Source: Escherichia coli (GTDB taxonomy: Bacteria > Pseudomonadota > Gammaproteobacteria > Enterobacterales > Enterobacteriaceae). From it: DNA of 4,409 bases. The stretch lies in NCBI RefSeq assembly GCF_003334785.1, contig NZ_QOWV01000047.1, one strand, 5' to 3'. Numbering within the stretch: position 1 is the stretch's first letter; each line of letters begins with the position of its first letter. The notes beneath the pieces are model-generated. The model made no database searches. It was given only the letters and a program-made list of their open reading frames with translations, and was not told the DNA's origin. The position numbers and the translations under genes are program-made. Below, piece by piece: positions 1 through 4,409 of the stretch.

Positions 1-60
1 TGGCCGGCAAACCGGGTACGCGATCTGTTGCCCTGGAAAGTTGATCTGAGCTCTCAGTAA
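1..60 (+). CDS. 3' terminal fragment of an upstream ORF (partial, 19 codons then TAA); identity not determinable from this fragment, possibly murI by E. coli synteny
   Basis: Frame 1 is open from position 1 and reads WPANRVRDLLPWKVDLSSQ before TAA at 58-60. Codon usage is plausible. Too short to identify the protein; murI is only suggested because it lies upstream of rrnB/murB in E. coli K-12. Confidence 0.3.
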   Translation, partial: WPANRVRDLLPWKVDLSSQ

Positions 61-92
61 ATATCAATACGGTTCTGACGAGTCGCTTACGA

Positions 93-190
93 CAAATCCG
101 CCGGGAGCGGATTTGAACGTTGCGAAGCAACGGCCCGGAGGGTGGCGGGCAGGACGCCCGCCATAAACTGCCAGGCATCAAATTAAGCAG
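93..190 (+). other. Distal rrnB terminator-region remnant with three stem-loops and a 5S rRNA 3'-end-like segment
   Basis: Matches my recollection of the sequence between rrnB T1 and T2 (GACAAATCCGCCGGGAGCGGATTTGAACGTTGCGAAGCAACGG...). Stem-loops at 94-114 (AAATCCGC/GCGGATTT), 118-132 (CGTTGC/GCAACG) and 144-162 (GGCGGGC/GCCCGCC). AACTGCCAGGCAT at 166-178 resembles the 3' end of 5S rRNA. Confidence 0.6.
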
Positions 191-225
191 AAGGCCATCC
201 TGACGGATGGCCTTTTTGCGTTTCT
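191..225 (+). terminator. rrnB T2-like rho-independent terminator
   Basis: GC-rich inverted repeat GGCCATCC (193-200) / GGATGGCC (205-212) with a 4-nt loop TGAC, followed by TTTTTGCGTTTCT (213-225). Sequence matches the rrnB T2 terminator as carried on common expression vectors. Confidence 0.8.
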
Positions 226-310
226 ACAAACTCTTCCTGTCGTCATATCTACAAGCCATCCCCCCACAGATACGGTAAACTAGCCTCGTTTTTGCATCAG
301 GAAAGCAGCT

Positions 311-1339
311 ATGAACCACTCCTTAAAACCCTGGAACACATTTGGCATTGATCATAATGCTCAGCACATTGTATGTGCCGAAGACGAACAACAATTACTC
401 AATGCCTGGCAGTATGCAACCGCAGAAGGACAACCCGTTCTTATTCTGGGTGAAGGAAGTAATGTACTTTTTCTGGAGGACTATCGCGGCACGGTGATCA
501 TCAACCGGATCAAAGGTATCGAAATTCATGATGAACCTGATGCGTGGTATTTACATGTAGGAGCCGGAGAAAACTGGCATCGTCTGGTAAAATACACTTT
601 GCAGGAAGGTATGCCTGGTCTGGAAAATCTGGCATTAATTCCTGGTTGTGTCGGCTCATCACCTATCCAGAATATTGGTGCTTATGGCGTAGAATTACAG
701 CGAGTTTGCGCTTATGTTGATTCTGTTGAACTGGCGACAGGCAAGCAAGTGCGCTTAACTGCCAAAGAGTGCCGTTTTGGCTATCGCGACAGTATTTTTA
801 AACATGAATACCAGGACCGCTTCGCTATTGTAGCCGTAGGTCTGCGTCTGCCAAAAGAGTGGCAACCTGTACTAACGTATGGTGACTTAACTCGTCTGGA
901 TCCTACAACAGTAACGCCACAGCAAGTATTTAATGCGGTGTGTCATATGCGCACCACCAAACTCCCTGATCCAAAAGTGAATGGCAATGCCGGTAGTTTC
1001 TTCAAAAACCCTGTTGTATCTGCCGAAACGGCTAAAGCATTACTGTCACAATTTCCAACAGCACCAAATTACCCCCAGGCGGATGGTTCAGTAAAACTGG
1101 CAGCAGGTTGGCTTATCGATCAGTGCCAGCTAAAAGGGATGCAAATAGGTGGGGCTGCGGTGCACCGTCAACAGGCGTTAGTTCTCATTAATGAAGACAA
1201 TGCAAAAAGCGAAGATGTTGTACAGCTGGCGCATCATGTAAGACAGAAAGTTGGTGAAAAATTTAATGTCTGGCTTGAGCCTGAAGTCCGCTTTATTGGT
1301 GCATCAGGTGAAGTGAGCGCAGTGGAGACAATTTCATGA
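311..1339 (+). CDS. murB: UDP-N-acetylenolpyruvoylglucosamine reductase (MurB), FAD-dependent, peptidoglycan precursor synthesis
   Basis: 342-aa ORF whose translation I recognise as E. coli MurB. Residues R159, S229 (codon AGT 995-997) and E325 fall at the known catalytic positions. Shine-Dalgarno-like AGGAAA at 299-304, 6 nt before ATG 311. Stop TGA 1337-1339. Confidence 0.96.
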   Translation: MNHSLKPWNTFGIDHNAQHIVCAEDEQQLLNAWQYATAEGQPVLILGEGSNVLFLEDYRGTVIINRIKGIEIHDEPDAWYLHVGAGENWHRLVKYTLQEGMPGLENLALIPGCVGSSPIQNIGAYGVELQRVCAYVDSVELATGKQVRLTAKECRFGYRDSIFKHEYQDRFAIVAVGLRLPKEWQPVLTYGDLTRLDPTTVTPQQVFNAVCHMRTTKLPDPKVNGNAGSFFKNPVVSAETAKALLSQFPTAPNYPQADGSVKLAAGWLIDQCQLKGMQIGGAAVHRQQALVLINEDNAKSEDVVQLAHHVRQKVGEKFNVWLEPEVRFIGASGEVSAVETIS

Positions 1340-2301
1340 AGGATAACACCGTGCCACTGAAATTGATTGCCCTGTTAGCGAACGGTGAATTTCACTCTGG
1401 CGAGCAGTTGGGTGAAACGCTGGGAATGAGCCGGGCGGCTATTAATAAACACATTCAGACACTGCGTGACTGGGGCGTTGATGTCTTTACCGTTCCGGGT
1501 AAAGGATACAGCCTGCCTGAGCCTATCCAGTTACTTAATGCTAAACAGATATTGGGTCAGCTGGATGGCGGTAGTGTAGCCGTGCTGCCAGTGATTGACT
1601 CCACGAATCAGTACCTTCTTGATCGTATCGGAGAGCTTAAATCGGGCGATGCTTGCATTGCAGAATACCAGCAGGCTGGCCGTGGTCGCCGGGGTCGGAA
1701 ATGGTTTTCGCCTTTTGGCGCAAACTTATATTTGTCGATGTTCTGGCGTCTGGAACAAGGCCCGGCGGCGGCGATTGGTTTAAGTCTGGTTATCGGTATC
1801 GTGATGGCGGAAGTATTACGCAAGCTGGGTGCAGATAAAGTTCGTGTTAAATGGCCTAATGACCTCTATCTGCAGGATCGCAAGCTGGCAGGCATTCTTG
1901 TGGAGCTGACTGGCAAAACTGGCGATGCGGCGCAAATAGTCATTGGAGCCGGGATCAACATGGCAATGCGCCGTGTTGAAGAGAGTGTCGTTAATCAGGG
2001 GTGGATCACGCTGCAGGAAGCGGGGATCAATCTCGATCGTAATACGTTGGCGGCCATGCTAATACGTGAATTACGTGCTGCGTTGGAACTCTTCGAACAA
2101 GAAGGATTGGCACCTTATCTGTCGCGCTGGGAAAAGCTGGATAATTTTATTAATCGCCCAGTGAAACTTATCATTGGTGATAAAGAAATATTTGGCATTT
2201 CACGCGGAATAGACAAACAGGGGGCTTTATTACTTGAGCAGGATGGAATAATAAAACCCTGGATGGGCGGTGAAATATCCCTGCGTAGTGCAGAAAAATA
2301 A
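1336..2301 (+). CDS. birA: Bifunctional biotin-[acetyl-CoA-carboxylase] ligase and biotin operon repressor (BirA)
   Basis: 321-aa ORF recognised as E. coli BirA. N-terminal wHTH region around residues 22-46 ([26 protein letters not shown]). Biotin-binding loop GRGRRGRKW at residues 115-123 (nt 1678-1704). Start ATG 1336-1338 overlaps the murB stop (ATGA). Stop TAA 2299-2301. Confidence 0.96.
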
Positions 2302-2304
2302 GAA

Positions 2305-2324
2305 AGGGGAGTATTCGCTCCCCT
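2305..2324. terminator. Intrinsic terminator hairpin shared by convergent birA and coaA (probably bidirectional, stronger for coaA)
   Basis: 7-bp stem AGGGGAG (2305-2311) / CTCCCCT (2318-2324) with a 6-nt loop. On the - strand the hairpin is followed by TTTCTTATTTTTCTG (T-rich, overlapping the birA 3' end). On the + strand it is followed by the less U-rich GCAAATTATTTGCG. It sits in the 28-bp gap between the birA stop (2299-2301) and the coaA stop (2330-2332). Confidence 0.6.
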
Positions 2325-2329
2325 GCAAA

Positions 2330-3280
2330 TTATTTGCGTAGTCTGACCTCTTCTACCGCATGATTAGCACTTTTCGTCAGGATTAAACTGGCGCGCTCAC
2401 GAGTAGGTAGAATATTTTGCTTTAAGTTCAGCCAGTTGATCTCTTTCCACAATGTCATGGCAGTCTTAATCGCTTCTTCTTTAGTTAATTTCGCGTAGTT
2501 ATGAAAATAGGAATCCGGGTCGGTAAAAGCCCCTTCGCGGAATTTCAGAAAACGGTTGATATACCATGTCTGAAGTAAGTCTTCCGGTGCATCAACATAT
2601 ATCGAAAAATCGACAAAATCAGAAACAAATACATGATGTGGATCGTGTGGATAATCCATCCCGCTCTGTAAGACATTTAACCCTTCAAGAATTAAAATAT
2701 CAGGCTGAACAACCGTTTTATCTCCATCCGGGATCACATCATAAATAAGATGTGAGTAAACAGGTGCTGTAACGTTTGGCACGCCGGATTTGAGATCGGA
2801 AACAAACTTCACCAGGCGATGCATATCATACGATTCCGGGAAGCCTTTCTTCTTCATCAGACCACGTTCTTTCAGAACCTGATTAGGGTGAAGGAAGCCA
2901 TCTGTAGTGATCAGTTCAACACGACGATGTTCCGGCCAACGGCTTAATAGCGCCTGCAATACACGGGCGGTTGTACTTTTCCCCACCGCGACACTGCCAG
3001 CAATACTGATAATGTAAGGAATGCGTTGCCCGTTGGTACCAAGAAACTGTTCCAGAACTGCCTGACGGCGCAGATTCGAGCTTATATAGAAGTTCAGCAA
3101 ACGTGACAAAGGTAAATAGATCTCGGCAACTTCTTCTAACGAGAGATCTTCATTAATACCTTTGAGACGGGCGATCTCATCTTCCGATAACGTCATAGGT
3201 ACGGAATCACGCAGAGCTGCCCACTGGTTGCGGTCAAACTGTAGGTAAGGCGTCATTAACGTTTGCTCTTTTATACTCAT
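2330..3280 (-). CDS. coaA: Type I pantothenate kinase (CoaA), first step of coenzyme A biosynthesis
   Basis: Translation from ATG at 3280 (minus strand) gives the 316-aa protein [20 protein letters not shown]..., which I recognise as E. coli CoaA. Walker A P-loop GSVAVGKST (residues 95-103, nt 2972-2998 on the - strand) contains K101. The six-frame ORF runs further upstream to an ATG at 3436 (368 aa), but the recognised protein starts at 3280. No strong Shine-Dalgarno sequence upstream. Confidence 0.93.
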
Positions 3281-3545
3281 AAGCATGTTTCTGGCGGTCA
3301 TAGCTCTATCGGCAAAGCGATATTTGCCATGGCGCGTCACAGTTCTGTTGAATGGGTTAATGGGCAGGAGGGTAACACCAGATGGGGAGGAATAATAAGA
3401 AAAAATCTCTGCCAGGAAGCTATCGTTGAAAAGCAATGTGACAGATATTCCATCTGATAAAAAGAATTATGGTTTAGCAGGAGCGCATTGTTGAGCACAA
3501 TGATGTTGAAAAAGTGTGCTAATCTGCCCTCCGTTCGGCTGTTTC

Positions 3546-3598
3546 TTCATCGTGTCGCATAAAATGTGACCAATAAAACAAATTATGCAATTTTTTAG
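3546..3598 (+). promoter_or_regulatory. A/T-rich upstream activating region (UP-element-like tract, possible Fis site) of the thrU-tufB operon promoter
   Basis: CAATAAAACAAATTATGCAATTTTTTAG (3571-3598) lies immediately upstream of the -35 hexamer. One candidate Fis-like 15-mer, GCATAAAATGTGACC (3557-3571), has G at position 1, C at position 15 and an A/T-rich centre. Fis activation of this operon is established in the literature; the exact site placement here is my inference. Confidence 0.4.
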
Positions 3599-3627
3599 TT
3601 GCATGAACTCGCATGTCTCCATAGAAT
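3599..3627 (+). promoter_or_regulatory. Sigma70 promoter of the thrU-tyrU-glyT-thrT-tufB operon
   Basis: -35 TTGCAT (3599-3604), 17-bp spacer, -10 TAGAAT (3622-3627), then the GC-rich discriminator GCGCGC (3628-3633), typical of stringently controlled stable-RNA promoters. Predicted transcription start about 3634-3636, a few nt before the mature thrU 5' end (3642). Confidence 0.75.
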
Positions 3628-3641
3628 GCGCGCTACTTGAT

Positions 3642-3717
<76 letters not shown>

Positions 3718-3725
3718 TCAAGTCC

Positions 3726-3810
<85 letters not shown>

Positions 3811-3926
3811 ATTTCGGCCACGCGATGGCGTAGCCCGAGACGATAAGTTCGCTTACCGGCTCGAATAAAGAGAGCTTCTCTCGATATTCAGTGCAGAATG
3901 AAAATCAGGTAGCCGAGTTCCAGGAT

Positions 3927-4001
<75 letters not shown>

Positions 4002-4007
4002 AGATGT

Positions 4008-4083
4008 GCTGATATAGCTCAGTTGGTAGAGCGCACCCTTGGTAAGGGTGAGGTCGGCAGTTCGAATCTGCCTATCAGCACCA
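4008..4083 (+). tRNA. thrT: tRNA-Thr (anticodon GGU)
   Basis: 76 nt. Acceptor stem GCTGATA/TATCAGC, anticodon stem CACCC/GGGTG with loop TTGGTAA (anticodon GGT), T-loop AGTTCGAATCT, encoded CCA (4081-4083). Confidence 0.95.
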
Positions 4084-4161
4084 CTTCTTTTCTCCTCCCT
4101 GTTTTTTCCTTCTGTTTATTGCATTCAACAAGTCGGGCATGTTGCCTGGTTGATGTGGTGA

Positions 4162-4409
<248 letters not shown>

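Noticed and set aside
231-310. Candidate murB promoter (-10-like TAAACT at 276-281)
   Set aside because: No convincing -35 hexamer at the right spacing, so it is too weak to call from sequence alone. murB may be transcribed from here, but I cannot support exact coordinates.
1595-1838. Three overlapping small ORFs in the six-frame track (1595-1783 +, 1653-1838 +, 1608-1823 -), 61-71 aa each
   Set aside because: They lie wholly inside birA in alternative frames or antisense, across its GC-rich GRGRRGRKW region. Their Arg/Pro/Gly-rich, low-complexity translations are typical of out-of-frame readings of a real gene, and none has a Shine-Dalgarno.
2566-2748. 60-aa plus-strand ORF antisense to coaA
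   Set aside because: Entirely embedded antisense within the recognised coaA coding sequence, with no ribosome-binding site; most likely a chance open frame.
3263-3457. 64-aa plus-strand ORF overlapping the coaA start region
   Set aside because: Overlaps the coaA 5' end and leader on the opposite strand; no Shine-Dalgarno and no recognisable protein features.
3811-3926. Possible small protein gene (tpr-like) or degenerate tRNA in the tyrU-glyT spacer
   Set aside because: The protamine-like tpr gene belongs to the tyrT locus, not this operon. The longest ATG-initiated frame here is 4 codons (ATGAAAATCAGGTAG), and I could not fold a cloverleaf from the spacer.

Overview
This window is a conserved enterobacterial housekeeping locus that I recognise as the Escherichia coli murB-birA-coaA-thrU-tyrU-glyT-thrT-tufB region; I see no sign of a novel or accessory system. 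On the + strand: a 19-codon 3' end of an upstream ORF (1-60), the distal part of the rrnB terminator region with a T2-like intrinsic terminator (about 93-225), murB (311-1339), birA (1336-2301, overlapping murB by ATGA), then four tRNA genes (3642-4083) and the 5' part of tufB (4198 to window end). On the - strand: coaA (2330-3280), convergent with birA across a shared hairpin. A near-consensus stringent-type promoter with an A/T-rich upstream element sits at 3599-3627 ahead of thrU. The one point that departs from the textbook arrangement, as far as I can recall the K-12 reference, is the window start: the rrnB T2 region is present, but no 5S rRNA gene or T1 hairpin precedes it; a protein-coding 3' end does instead. 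All identifications rest on reading the sequence and recalled protein, tRNA and terminator sequences; no database search was run.
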